Source: Macrostomum lignano (lineage: Eukaryota). From it: a stretch of 64,000 nt of DNA. Position 1 is the stretch's first letter; each line of letters opens with the position of its first letter. Location of the stretch: contig NIVC01003482.1 in the NCBI GenBank assembly GCA_002269645.1, positions 31,920 through 95,919 on the forward strand, given 5' to 3'. Made by a program: the position numbers and the translations under genes. Below, piece by piece: positions 1 through 14,510 of the stretch. The notes below the pieces were generated by a model, which did no database searches, was not told the origin of the DNA, and saw only the letters and a program-made list of their open reading frames with translations.

Positions 1-1254
1 ATAGATGGGGGCTCTAGATACATAAGATTGAGAAAGAAAAGATAGCGCGCACAGTCATCAGATTTAGCTATTGTAATATACACAAAAACATAAAAACAAA
101 AAATGAGCTTATGTTTAAAATACACGTGACGTAATTTACTTAATCGTTGTTTCAGCAGGGTGCAATTAGAATAATTTTAAAATAACGCAAATTATTAACG
201 AAAACTATAGTATATTTCAATGAACAAAAACGTATTTCACAGTTATTTGAAGTTTGAACTAAAGTATAGTACTTCGTAAGCTACGAACGCTGCTAACAGT
301 TCTACATATTTTTGTTTGACTGTACTTACATGGATACACTAATTGCGCGAGTTTAACTTCTTGATCCCATGCATTTAGACCTATATTAGTCATATACATT
401 CCTTTTTCGACTGAATTCACTGAATTTCGACTGAAATATCTATAAAAATGGATTTATTTAGTATATTTTACAACGTCTCATTATTGATAACATGCTTGGT
501 GCACATTTCATCATTTTCGGGTAAATTTTACTGTAGCCTACGGTAACTAAAAATATTATAATATTTGTATCTTTAGACTCTATTTAGTTAAGCGTTTATT
601 TAAAAGCATGTTAAATTCCGGTTTATTGACTATATGGCTAACTCAAGTAATTCTCGTTTACTTTCGTTTACTTCGAAGTAATTATCGTGATATTGTGCCT
701 ACACTAACTTAAAGAGTATATTATTGTTCAAGTAAAGGATATATATAAAATCCTGTCAAGCTAAAAAAGAACACAAAATAATTAAATACCACTAGATAGA
801 TATAATTGCCTTACTGTAGGTATAAATAATTGCTGTACAATTATTAAATGTTAACCAGTTGATAGTTAAACAAACTCTTCTAAATTTATCTCTCCATTCA
901 GTGGCTGCTCAGAAGGAGAAGCTTGAAGTTGAGGAGCCTCGACTTGAAGGCGAAGACCGGCATATTGGACACGGAAGGCACCAATCTGGCGGCCATCATC
1001 GCGCTCGGGTGAGGTACTCCAGCAGCTATCGTGTGCCGCCACAACTGCTCCAAAGGAAGGGGTGAGTGCGAAAATTTAAGGGGCTGCTATAATTAACGTG
1101 TAGGTTAAAAGGATGCTATTAGAAGCAGGGCGCATCCTTGCAATGCAGACAATGGAGACGATGTCCTTACTGAGCATCCCAATCCTGAACTAAGCATCCC
1201 CTTCCTTACGTTTTCTCCTAAAAAATTTTTGACAATCAATCTTCCAATCACCAG

Positions 1255-1813
1255 CGGAATCGATTTAGCTAACAAGACGCACCTGATCGAGACCGACAGC
1301 GTGCTAATAATCTACCAGTTAAGACGCCTGATTTACAATCGGAGCACAGAAAATCTTGCCGTTTGCGCTGGCCCAGCAACTGGTCCCAGTTTGTCTTCGA
1401 ATCGGACTCAATCGTTCAACTATTTTGCCTGCCCAACAGAAATTGGAGGTACCAAATTAACCAACTCTGTTAACGACGAACGATCAGACGTGGCTTCATA
1501 TTGCTGCGGCTCCGCACCGTCGCAGACTTGCTGCGACAAAGAGACATTCTATCGGACCTATGGTCATCCAGTACCTCCTTCGATGGTTGTCATTGGCGTC
1601 TCTGCCGCTGCTGGGATGATTGTATTAGCATTGCTCACTGCAGTTTTGTTCTGCATCAAACGACCAATTCGAAGGGACTCAACGGTTAGCAAAGTTAATA
1701 AAAAAGCAGCAAAGTCGGATTTCGCTGGGACACCGCTGATTCTTACTGCGGGCCCGTTGACGGACAGCCTCGGCTCGGTCTATGCGACAAGTCAGCAGTG
1801 CCCGGCAGACTAG
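1255..1813 (+). CDS. Probable terminal exon of a single-pass membrane protein with a Shisa/VOPP1/CYYR1-like Cys-rich ectodomain; upstream exon(s) uncertain (candidate 902..1061)
   Basis: ORF has C..C..YCCG-x6-CC followed by a hydrophobic helix (MVVIGVSAAAGMIVLALLTAVLFC) and a basic stop-transfer segment (KRPIRR). Candidate acceptor caccag|c at 1254 and candidate donor g|gtgagt at 1062 are in compatible phase. Confidence 0.55.
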
Positions 1814-1950
1814 CCCGCTGTCTCACATGTTGACTAATATAGTGATATAACCAATTCGTTGTCTACAGAAATGTACATAAACCAAGTGCTACACTGCGTT
1901 CAATTACGTCAATCGTAAAACGGAAGTGTGCACAGAGAGGGGGATTCAAG

Positions 1951-2325
1951 GAGACACTACAACCTAGTAGATAGAGACTACAAACTAATAGATAGAGACT
2001 ACAACCTAGTAGATAGAGACTAAAACCTAATAGATAGAGACTACAATCTAGTAGATAGAGACTAAAACCTAATAGATAGAGACTACAACCTAGTAGATAG
2101 AGACTACAATCTAGTAGATCGAGGCGCCAGCATAAGAGATAGGGGCGTCAACCTATTAGATATAGGCACCAGAATGAGAGATAGGGGCGTCAACCTATTA
2201 TATATAGGCGCCAGAATGAGAGATAGGGGCGTCAACCTATTAGATATAGGCGCCAACATGGGAGATAGAGGCGCCAAAATGAGAGATAGTGGCGCCAACG
2301 TGGGAGATAGTAGCGCCAAAGGCCT
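1951..2325. repeat. Two adjacent minisatellites: 21-bp (agatagagactacaacctagt) followed by a ~42/21-bp GGCGCC-containing unit
   Basis: Direct inspection of tandem copies. Confidence 0.85.
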
Positions 2326-2995
2326 ATTAGTTGATTTATCCATTAAAAATAACTTAGTCAATGAAATGTCTGTTCTTAGCTATATTAACTGTCGTAAAAG
2401 TGAACTCACTTGCATTTTAATTTACAGTTATTGATTGCTATTGTGATTATAATGAGCTTGTTTAATTTTATCAACTGCGATACATTTTGTACTTTTGTAC
2501 TCTATAGAAACTCGAAAAAATGCTCTTGTATTTGTAATACTGTATGTAAAAGTTTAATTAATTGTGGCTAATAAAAAGCATTCAAGTTAAAATCAAATTG
2601 CAGCAGAACTTTAGCATATTCATCTAAATCTTCGATTGCGAAAGCTGGAGTTGCCATGCAAGCTTGAGTTAGTGGTAAAGCAAAACAGCTATCTGAGACA
2701 AAGCTTGAGTACATTTTATCTTGCTGCAGGAGAGCTGTTATCTACCTGTGCCGTGGTGAGAACACAAGCATTAGGGCCGCGATTGCAGAGTCCATATACT
2801 TGCCTTCTATGAAGAGAATGGAAAGGTTTTTATTTCATGATTTTATCTTTCTACCTAAAGCTAGTTTAACAATCATACGTCAAACTTTGTTTATAATGCA
2901 AAACCCAGAAACCATGCACTATTTTAAGTAGCGCTGTAGAGGCACGAAAATTATAATGTTACGTATTGGGTATGGCCATTGCCCAATTCTCTATC

Positions 2996-4290
2996 TACGA
3001 GGTGTATTAAAAAATTAGTGTCCGTGTCCTTAACTCTGCATTGTTTCAGTTCACCCAGCTGTAAAATGGGTGCCAGCATTAGCTGGGGTAATTGAGGGTG
3101 TGTGTGGCGACCCCACAGTCCATTGACTGAACAGCCGTACGCAGCCTTCAGATGCGCCGCGCAATAGCTGCGGCTGAGCTGTCGGTTGCACATCTGACCC
3201 AATTGGGGCAGGTGTAATCAATTATTATTATTATTATTCAAAAAGTTCTTTTCGGTGCCCTACAAAACTGAACACAAACAACTGGAACTATGAAAACACA
3301 GTTAGATTGTTTAACATGATACTGTCACTCAACATATTCACCACCAATGTCTTCACTTCTGCCAGCGATGTACCAGACCTCTGGTCCGGAACTCACGCCA
3401 CTCGCGTCCGTTAGGGCGAACAGCTTGATTGCAAGCAGCGTCGATGTGCTCGACGCTGTCGAATCGAATGCCCTGAAGGTGCCTCTTCACAGATGGAAAT
3501 AAGAAAAAGTCACACGGCGACAAATCAGGCGACTAAGGTGGATGTTGGAGCACTTCCCAGCCCCATTTGCTCAGGAGTTCCACGACGTTGTGCTTGCGAT
3601 GTGCTGGCGCATTGTCGTGCAGCAGGATCACGCCAGATTCCAGCAGACCAGGGCGCTTCTTTCGTATTGCTGGGCGCAACTTCTCCTGCAGAATCCACTT
3701 GTAGTAGTCCTTGTGGGACTGCCCAGTTCAGCAGGATTCCTTGGGAATCAAGAAACATGAAGTGCATGATCTTCAGCGCACCCAGGCTTCCTGGTGGCCT
3801 TCTGAGGTCTTGGGAGAATGTGCTGGAAGCCATTCGGCAGACTGGGCCTTTGTCTCAGGATCTCAGCTGTAAACCCACGTCTCGTCTCCAGCAGCAATTC
3901 TCGATGGAAAATCCTCCCCTTCACGATGGAACCGACGCAGGTGGCTGCTTGAAGCCAGAGTTCGCTGCATCTTTTGCTCACCTGTCAGCAGGTGTGGCGC
4001 CCACTTGCAAAACTTTTTCTGCAGGTGATGACAGTACCATTTTCGGACTGTCTGCTCAGCTAGTGCACAGTTGCCAAGCACTTGCTGAAGCTCCCTAAAC
4101 ATATCCGACGGCTTTTTTCCTTGCAGAAACTGAAACGTCATCAAGCTTTGAACGTCTAGTTTTGAAAATGATTCAGCCATGGCCAAAAACTTGAGTGGTA
4201 GCTGACCGAAAGGTTGCTGCTCGAACATAGTTGCAAACTGAGGCTTAAAACCTAAGAACGTTTAGGCCATAGACATAACTGGTAAAATCG
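2996..4290 (-). mobile_element. Degenerate mariner (Tc1/mariner DD34D-type) transposon remnant, interrupted by a SINE
   Basis: Minus strand encodes CKWAPHLL (WVPHEL-like), GDETWV, LLHDNAPAH and HPP*SPDLSPCDFFLF, with a stop codon and frameshifts. TIR-like start tacgaggtgtatt at 2996. Confidence 0.9.
3015..3238 (+). mobile_element. 5'-truncated SINE (same family as the copies at 46102 and 50606)
   Basis: Near-identical body to 50690..50910 (cagttcacccagctgtaaaatgggtgccagc ... ggggcaggtgtaatcaatt), with an (ATT)n tail. Confidence 0.85.
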
Positions 4291-4306
4291 CTAAAATTCT
4301 GTTTAC

Positions 4307-5631
<1,325 letters not shown>

Positions 5632-5651
5632 ATACATAATATTAGTAATAG

Positions 5652-6532
5652 ATATATTTTTAATTTTGTCTTTCCAAGCTCCATGTGTGTGTTAGACTGG
5701 TCATGCAGCCCAGGGCAACCGCACAAACAGCCGCTGATTGCTAATTTAATTTGCGGCCATATACGCAATTTGGGGGGGCGGCTATCAAAACATGAGCCAA
5801 AGAAAATTTCTCTTCCAGTCAGATGGTTTTTCTGACCATCGCTGGGGACCTCACTAATTAATACTGCGGGGGTATAGGATGGCCGCACTTTGCCAATAAC
5901 AACGTTTGGACATTGCTGCTGGACAAGAAAGTGCATCCTCAGATGCAAGTGCACCGGATGACATTTTAAGCAACGCATATTGATCAGTAACCAATGCTTT
6001 TGGATAACTATAAATATCCCGTGCAAGGCTCCGACGTTAGTTAAAGCTTCTAAAACATTTTTGGTATCGAAATTTTTTAATTAAAAGCGCATTCAAAATA
6101 AACTTATTCAGACACAAACGTGAAAAGTAGTGGCGTGCAAAACATTCGTTTTAATTTTAAACAATATATACAAAATTTGTTTTACGAGAAGTCACTCGAT
6201 ACAAAATTGAGTGACGATTCATATTTAAACAATAGGGGAAATCTTGCGTGACGTTGGTGCTATGGTGACTCGAAATTGATTTCACGGCAGTTTTGAACGC
6301 AACTACGAGTATGTCAAATAGCGGAGATGAAAGGGTAAAGTTTTTTATCACTAGTTATACCTATCACAATTATTGTTTGCTGAGCGACGCTTGAGAATAC
6401 AATGGAGTGGCCATCGAATAATACTAGAAACATACTAGGACTTTTCCATCACATCAGCCTACTGCATAGCAAAAGCAAGTGGAACGAATCCCATTGGCTC
6501 AAGCAGATGAGCCAATGAATTACAAACTAACT
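5652..6532 (+). repeat. 881-bp direct duplication, copy 1 (copy 2 = 14511..15391)
   Basis: Sequences match by eye at offset 8859; the 64-aa ORF is identical in both copies and the 133/138-aa ORFs differ only at the C-terminus. Confidence 0.95.
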
Positions 6533-7336
6533 GTGCAGGGGCTGTGCAGGCGGCGATCTGTGACCAGACGCCGCCAACTGCGACTAGTGGCCTGCCTGGC
6601 TACTTCAAATAACTGCTTACCAGTACGTCTCTACTACGACTACGCCTACGACTGTTCTACTACTACTCTACTAATACTTGTACTACTACTACTTCCATTA
6701 CTACTACTACGAGCTACTACTGCAACTACTAGTGCTACTACTACTGATAATCTAGCCTCAACTGATCTGCAGTGCCCAGTCGCCTGTGACCAGGGGCTGT
6801 GCAGGCGGCGATCTGTGACCAGACGCCGCCAACTGCGACTAGTGGCCTGCCTGGCTACTTCAAATAACTGCTTACCAGTACGTCTCTACTACGACTACGC
6901 CTACGACTGCTCTACTACTACTCTACTAATACTTGTACTACTACTACTTCCATTACTACTACTACGAGCTACTACTGCAACTACTAGTGCTACTACTACT
7001 GATAATCTAGCCTCAACTGATCTGCAGTGCCCAGTCGCCTGTGACCAGGGGCTGTGCAGGCGGCGATCTGTGACCAGACGCCGCCAACTGCAACTTGTGG
7101 CCTGCCTGGCGACTCAATTTATTTACTGTTTATGTAATAACATCTATTTACTTGCACTTCTTTTTGAAAAGTTCTCAGTGCTCTGTTTTAATTTAATATT
7201 TGTTCTCAATTCTACGGGCGTAAATAACTTATTTGTTGAACTTTTCAAGATGCTTATTCATACACTTCTACGCTCTAAATCTGTTTTTCTATAGCACCTA
7301 ACATCTTTAATATTTTTTGTGCAAGGCTTTAAGCTG

Positions 7337-7446
7337 CCAATCTTTAACCAATCAGCGTGCTTCAACTCACGTTTTTAACTAATTATACGTACACATCTTT
7401 ACTCAACACTGCTCAGTGCACCCCCAAAAGTAGCATATATATATAT
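7337..7446 (+). promoter_or_regulatory. Putative Pol II promoter in each 1621-bp unit (two CCAAT boxes and a (TA)n TATA-like run upstream of the HHR)
   Basis: ccaat at 7337 and 7348; tatatatatat at ~7436..7446, ~60 nt before the ribozyme; recurs every 1621 bp. Confidence 0.45.
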
Positions 7447-7495
7447 TGAAATTATGTTACAATAACTTCACTGCCAATATATTTGTTTTTAAACC

Positions 7496-7551
7496 CGAAT
7501 AAATAAACCCTGACGAAGGCCCAGTCTGGGCCGAAATATCGGTTTTTTTCG
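7496..7551 (+). ncRNA. Type I hammerhead ribozyme (minimal, Penelope-type), copy 1
   Basis: AAACC-CUGACGA-A-GGCCCAGUCUGGGCC-GAAA-UA-UC/GGUUU: conserved core, perfect stem II, stem I AAACC/GGUUU extendable by CGAA/UUCG, palindromic AUAU mini stem III. Predicted cut after C7540. Confidence 0.85.
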
Positions 7552-9116
7552 AACATTCGACAACTGGTAACCTTCAATATCTTCCGAGTGCGTGGTTTGC
7601 AGTTTCAAACTGCCTTATGAATATCTGTACCCAGGACCGGACTATTATTGAGGCTCGCCATGTTTGTCAACAAAATATCTTCGTATACGAGCTATTCTCC
7701 GCCAAAAATCTACTTGGGATAAGCAAGAGTACTATTTCTGCAGCTGAATATTTAAGACGCACGACACTACTACGACTACGGCTACGACTACGACTGTACT
7801 ACTACTACTCTACTACCACTACTACTACTACTGCAACTACTAGTGCTACTACTACTGAAAATCTAGCTTCAACTGATCCGCAGTGCCCAGTCGCCTGTGA
7901 CCAGGGGCTGTGCAGGCGGCGATCTGTGACCAGACGCCGCCAACTGCGACTAGTGGCCTGCCTGGCTACTTCAAATAACTGCTTACCAGTACGTCTCTAC
8001 TACGACTACGCCTACGACTGCTCTACTACTACTCTACTAATACTTGTACTACTACTACTTCCATTACTACTACTACGAGCTACTACTGCAACTACTAGTG
8101 CTACTACTACTGATAATCTAGCCTCAACTGATCTGCAGTGCCCAGTCGCCTGTGACCAGGGGCTGTGCAGGCGGCGATCTGTGACCAGACGCCGCCAACT
8201 GCGACTAGTGGCCTGCCTGGCTACTTCAAATAACTGCTTACCAGTACGTCTCTACTACGACTACGCCTACGACTGTTCTACTACTACTCTACTAATACTT
8301 GTACTACTACTACTTCCATTACTACTACTACGAGCTACTACTGCAACTACTAGTGCTACTACTACTGATAATCTAGCCTCAACTGATCTGCAGTGCCCAG
8401 TCGCCTGTGACCAGGGGCTGTGCAGGCGGCGATCTGTGACCAGACGCCGCCAACTGCGACTAGTGGCCTGCCTGGCTACTTCAAATAACTGCTTACCAGT
8501 ACGTCTCTACTACGACTACGCCTACGACTGCTCTACTACTACTCTACTAATACTTGTACTACTACTACTTCCATTACTACTACTACGAGCTACTACTGCA
8601 ACTACTAGTGCTACTACTACTGATAATCTAGCCTCAACTGATCTGCAGTGCCCAGTCGCCTGTGACCAGGGGCTGTGCAGGCGGCGATCTGTGACCAGAC
8701 GCCGCCAACTGCAACTTGTGGCCTGCCTGGCGACTCAATTTATTTACTGTTTATGTAATAACATCTATTTACTTGCACTTCTTTTTGAAAAGTTCTCAGT
8801 GCTCTGTTTTAATTTAATATTTGTTCTCAATTCTACGGGCGTAAATAACTTATTTGTTGAACTTTTCAAGATGCTTATTCATACACTTCTACGCTCTAAA
8901 TCTGTTTTTCTATAGCACCTAACATCTTTAATATTTTTTGTGCAAGGCTTTAAGCTGCCAATCTTTAACCAATCAGCGTGCTTCAACTCACGTTTTTAAC
9001 TAATTATACGTACACATCTTTACTCAACACTGCTCAGTGCACCCCCAAAAGTAGCATATATATATATTGAAATTATGTTACAATAACTTCACTGCCAATA
9101 TATTTGTTTTTAAACC

Positions 9117-9172
9117 CGAATAAATAAACCCTGACGAAGGCCCAGTCTGGGCCGAAATATCGGTTTTTTTCG
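9117..9172 (+). ncRNA. Type I hammerhead ribozyme, copy 2
   Basis: Identical to copy 1; CTGACGA at 9131. Confidence 0.85.
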
Positions 9173-10737
9173 AACATTCGACAACTGGTAACCTTCAATA
9201 TCTTCCGAGTGCGTGGTTTGCAGTTTCAAACTGCCTTATGAATATCTGTACCCAGGACCGGACTATTATTGAGGCTCGCCATGTTTGTCAACAAAATATC
9301 TTCGTATACGAGCTATTCTCCGCCAAAAATCTACTTGGGATAAGCAAGAGTACTATTTCTGCAGCTGAATATTTAAGACGCACGACACTACTACGACTAC
9401 GGCTACGACTACGACTGTACTACTACTACTCTACTACCACTACTACTACTACTGCAACTACTAGTGCTACTACTACTGAAAATCTAGCTTCAACTGATCC
9501 GCAGTGCCCAGTCGCCTGTGACCAGGGGCTGTGCAGGCGGCGATCTGTGACCAGACGCCGCCAACTGCGACTAGTGGCCTGCCTGGCTACTTCAAATAAC
9601 TGCTTACCAGTACGTCTCTACTACGACTACGCCTACGACTGCTCTACTACTACTCTACTAATACTTGTACTACTACTACTTCCATTACTACTACTACGAG
9701 CTACTACTGCAACTACTAGTGCTACTACTACTGATAATCTAGCCTCAACTGATCTGCAGTGCCCAGTCGCCTGTGACCAGGGGCTGTGCAGGCGGCGATC
9801 TGTGACCAGACGCCGCCAACTGCGACTAGTGGCCTGCCTGGCTACTTCAAATAACTGCTTACCAGTACGTCTCTACTACGACTACGCCTACGACTGTTCT
9901 ACTACTACTCTACTAATACTTGTACTACTACTACTTCCATTACTACTACTACGAGCTACTACTGCAACTACTAGTGCTACTACTACTGATAATCTAGCCT
10001 CAACTGATCTGCAGTGCCCAGTCGCCTGTGACCAGGGGCTGTGCAGGCGGCGATCTGTGACCAGACGCCGCCAACTGCGACTAGTGGCCTGCCTGGCTAC
10101 TTCAAATAACTGCTTACCAGTACGTCTCTACTACGACTACGCCTACGACTGCTCTACTACTACTCTACTAATACTTGTACTACTACTACTTCCATTACTA
10201 CTACTACGAGCTACTACTGCAACTACTAGTGCTACTACTACTGATAATCTAGCCTCAACTGATCTGCAGTGCCCAGTCGCCTGTGACCAGGGGCTGTGCA
10301 GGCGGCGATCTGTGACCAGACGCCGCCAACTGCAACTTGTGGCCTGCCTGGCGACTCAATTTATTTACTGTTTATGTAATAACATCTATTTACTTGCACT
10401 TCTTTTTGAAAAGTTCTCAGTGCTCTGTTTTAATTTAATATTTGTTCTCAATTCTACGGGCGTAAATAACTTATTTGTTGAACTTTTCAAGATGCTTATT
10501 CATACACTTCTACGCTCTAAATCTGTTTTTCTATAGCACCTAACATCTTTAATATTTTTTGTGCAAGGCTTTAAGCTGCCAATCTTTAACCAATCAGCGT
10601 GCTTCAACTCACGTTTTTAACTAATTATACGTACACATCTTTACTCAACACTGCTCAGTGCACCCCCAAAAGTAGCATATATATATATTGAAATTATGTT
10701 ACAATAACTTCACTGCCAATATATTTGTTTTTAAACC

Positions 10738-10793
10738 CGAATAAATAAACCCTGACGAAGGCCCAGTCTGGGCCGAAATATCGGTTTTTTTCG
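10738..10793 (+). ncRNA. Type I hammerhead ribozyme, copy 3
   Basis: Identical to copy 1; CTGACGA at 10752. Confidence 0.85.
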
Positions 10794-12358
10794 AACATTC
10801 GACAACTGGTAACCTTCAATATCTTCCGAGTGCGTGGTTTGCAGTTTCAAACTGCCTTATGAATATCTGTACCCAGGACCGGACTATTATTGAGGCTCGC
10901 CATGTTTGTCAACAAAATATCTTCGTATACGAGCTATTCTCCGCCAAAAATCTACTTGGGATAAGCAAGAGTACTATTTCTGCAGCTGAATATTTAAGAC
11001 GCACGACACTACTACGACTACGGCTACGACTACGACTGTACTACTACTACTCTACTACCACTACTACTACTACTGCAACTACTAGTGCTACTACTACTGA
11101 AAATCTAGCTTCAACTGATCCGCAGTGCCCAGTCGCCTGTGACCAGGGGCTGTGCAGGCGGCGATCTGTGACCAGACGCCGCCAACTGCGACTAGTGGCC
11201 TGCCTGGCTACTTCAAATAACTGCTTACCAGTACGTCTCTACTACGACTACGCCTACGACTGCTCTACTACTACTCTACTAATACTTGTACTACTACTAC
11301 TTCCATTACTACTACTACGAGCTACTACTGCAACTACTAGTGCTACTACTACTGATAATCTAGCCTCAACTGATCTGCAGTGCCCAGTCGCCTGTGACCA
11401 GGGGCTGTGCAGGCGGCGATCTGTGACCAGACGCCGCCAACTGCGACTAGTGGCCTGCCTGGCTACTTCAAATAACTGCTTACCAGTACGTCTCTACTAC
11501 GACTACGCCTACGACTGTTCTACTACTACTCTACTAATACTTGTACTACTACTACTTCCATTACTACTACTACGAGCTACTACTGCAACTACTAGTGCTA
11601 CTACTACTGATAATCTAGCCTCAACTGATCTGCAGTGCCCAGTCGCCTGTGACCAGGGGCTGTGCAGGCGGCGATCTGTGACCAGACGCCGCCAACTGCG
11701 ACTAGTGGCCTGCCTGGCTACTTCAAATAACTGCTTACCAGTACGTCTCTACTACGACTACGCCTACGACTGCTCTACTACTACTCTACTAATACTTGTA
11801 CTACTACTACTTCCATTACTACTACTACGAGCTACTACTGCAACTACTAGTGCTACTACTACTGATAATCTAGCCTCAACTGATCTGCAGTGCCCAGTCG
11901 CCTGTGACCAGGGGCTGTGCAGGCGGCGATCTGTGACCAGACGCCGCCAACTGCAACTTGTGGCCTGCCTGGCGACTCAATTTATTTACTGTTTATGTAA
12001 TAACATCTATTTACTTGCACTTCTTTTTGAAAAGTTCTCAGTGCTCTGTTTTAATTTAATATTTGTTCTCAATTCTACGGGCGTAAATAACTTATTTGTT
12101 GAACTTTTCAAGATGCTTATTCATACACTTCTACGCTCTAAATCTGTTTTTCTATAGCACCTAACATCTTTAATATTTTTTGTGCAAGGCTTTAAGCTGC
12201 CAATCTTTAACCAATCAGCGTGCTTCAACTCACGTTTTTAACTAATTATACGTACACATCTTTACTCAACACTGCTCAGTGCACCCCCAAAAGTAGCATA
12301 TATATATATTGAAATTATGTTACAATAACTTCACTGCCAATATATTTGTTTTTAAACC

Positions 12359-12414
12359 CGAATAAATAAACCCTGACGAAGGCCCAGTCTGGGCCGAAAT
12401 ATCGGTTTTTTTCG
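12359..12414 (+). ncRNA. Type I hammerhead ribozyme, copy 4
   Basis: Identical to copy 1; CTGACGA at 12373. Confidence 0.85.
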
Positions 12415-13979
12415 AACATTCGACAACTGGTAACCTTCAATATCTTCCGAGTGCGTGGTTTGCAGTTTCAAACTGCCTTATGAATATCTGTACCCAGGAC
12501 CGGACTATTATTGAGGCTCGCCATGTTTGTCAACAAAATATCTTCGTATACGAGCTATTCTCCGCCAAAAATCTACTTGGGATAAGCAAGAGTACTATTT
12601 CTGCAGCTGAATATTTAAGACGCACGACACTACTACGACTACGGCTACGACTACGACTGTACTACTACTACTCTACTACCACTACTACTACTACTGCAAC
12701 TACTAGTGCTACTACTACTGAAAATCTAGCTTCAACTGATCCGCAGTGCCCAGTCGCCTGTGACCAGGGGCTGTGCAGGCGGCGATCTGTGACCAGACGC
12801 CGCCAACTGCGACTAGTGGCCTGCCTGGCTACTTCAAATAACTGCTTACCAGTACGTCTCTACTACGACTACGCCTACGACTGCTCTACTACTACTCTAC
12901 TAATACTTGTACTACTACTACTTCCATTACTACTACTACGAGCTACTACTGCAACTACTAGTGCTACTACTACTGATAATCTAGCCTCAACTGATCTGCA
13001 GTGCCCAGTCGCCTGTGACCAGGGGCTGTGCAGGCGGCGATCTGTGACCAGACGCCGCCAACTGCGACTAGTGGCCTGCCTGGCTACTTCAAATAACTGC
13101 TTACCAGTACGTCTCTACTACGACTACGCCTACGACTGTTCTACTACTACTCTACTAATACTTGTACTACTACTACTTCCATTACTACTACTACGAGCTA
13201 CTACTGCAACTACTAGTGCTACTACTACTGATAATCTAGCCTCAACTGATCTGCAGTGCCCAGTCGCCTGTGACCAGGGGCTGTGCAGGCGGCGATCTGT
13301 GACCAGACGCCGCCAACTGCGACTAGTGGCCTGCCTGGCTACTTCAAATAACTGCTTACCAGTACGTCTCTACTACGACTACGCCTACGACTGCTCTACT
13401 ACTACTCTACTAATACTTGTACTACTACTACTTCCATTACTACTACTACGAGCTACTACTGCAACTACTAGTGCTACTACTACTGATAATCTAGCCTCAA
13501 CTGATCTGCAGTGCCCAGTCGCCTGTGACCAGGGGCTGTGCAGGCGGCGATCTGTGACCAGACGCCGCCAACTGCAACTTGTGGCCTGCCTGGCGACTCA
13601 ATTTATTTACTGTTTATGTAATAACATCTATTTACTTGCACTTCTTTTTGAAAAGTTCTCAGTGCTCTGTTTTAATTTAATATTTGTTCTCAATTCTACG
13701 GGCGTAAATAACTTATTTGTTGAACTTTTCAAGATGCTTATTCATACACTTCTACGCTCTAAATCTGTTTTTCTATAGCACCTAACATCTTTAATATTTT
13801 TTGTGCAAGGCTTTAAGCTGCCAATCTTTAACCAATCAGCGTGCTTCAACTCACGTTTTTAACTAATTATACGTACACATCTTTACTCAACACTGCTCAG
13901 TGCACCCCCAAAAGTAGCATATATATATATTGAAATTATGTTACAATAACTTCACTGCCAATATATTTGTTTTTAAACC

Positions 13980-14035
13980 CGAATAAATAAACCCTGACGA
14001 AGGCCCAGTCTGGGCCGAAATATCGGTTTTTTTCG
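13980..14035 (+). ncRNA. Type I hammerhead ribozyme, copy 5
   Basis: Identical to copy 1; CTGACGA at 13994. Confidence 0.85.
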
Positions 14036-14105
14036 AACATTCGACAACTGGTAACCTTCAATATCTTCCGAGTGCGTGGTTTGCAGTTTCAAACTGCCTT
14101 ATGAA

Positions 14106-14452
<347 letters not shown>

Positions 14453-14510
14453 TTATACATGAATCATGCTACTGAACTTGACAGTAGAGAATATTCAGTA
14501 ATATAACGTT

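Noticed and set aside
7100-7500. RT or GIY-YIG remnants in the unique part of the 1621-bp unit
   Set aside because: The minus-strand frames I translated are stop-ridden and the + ORF shows no recognisable motifs; a profile search would be needed to exclude remote decay
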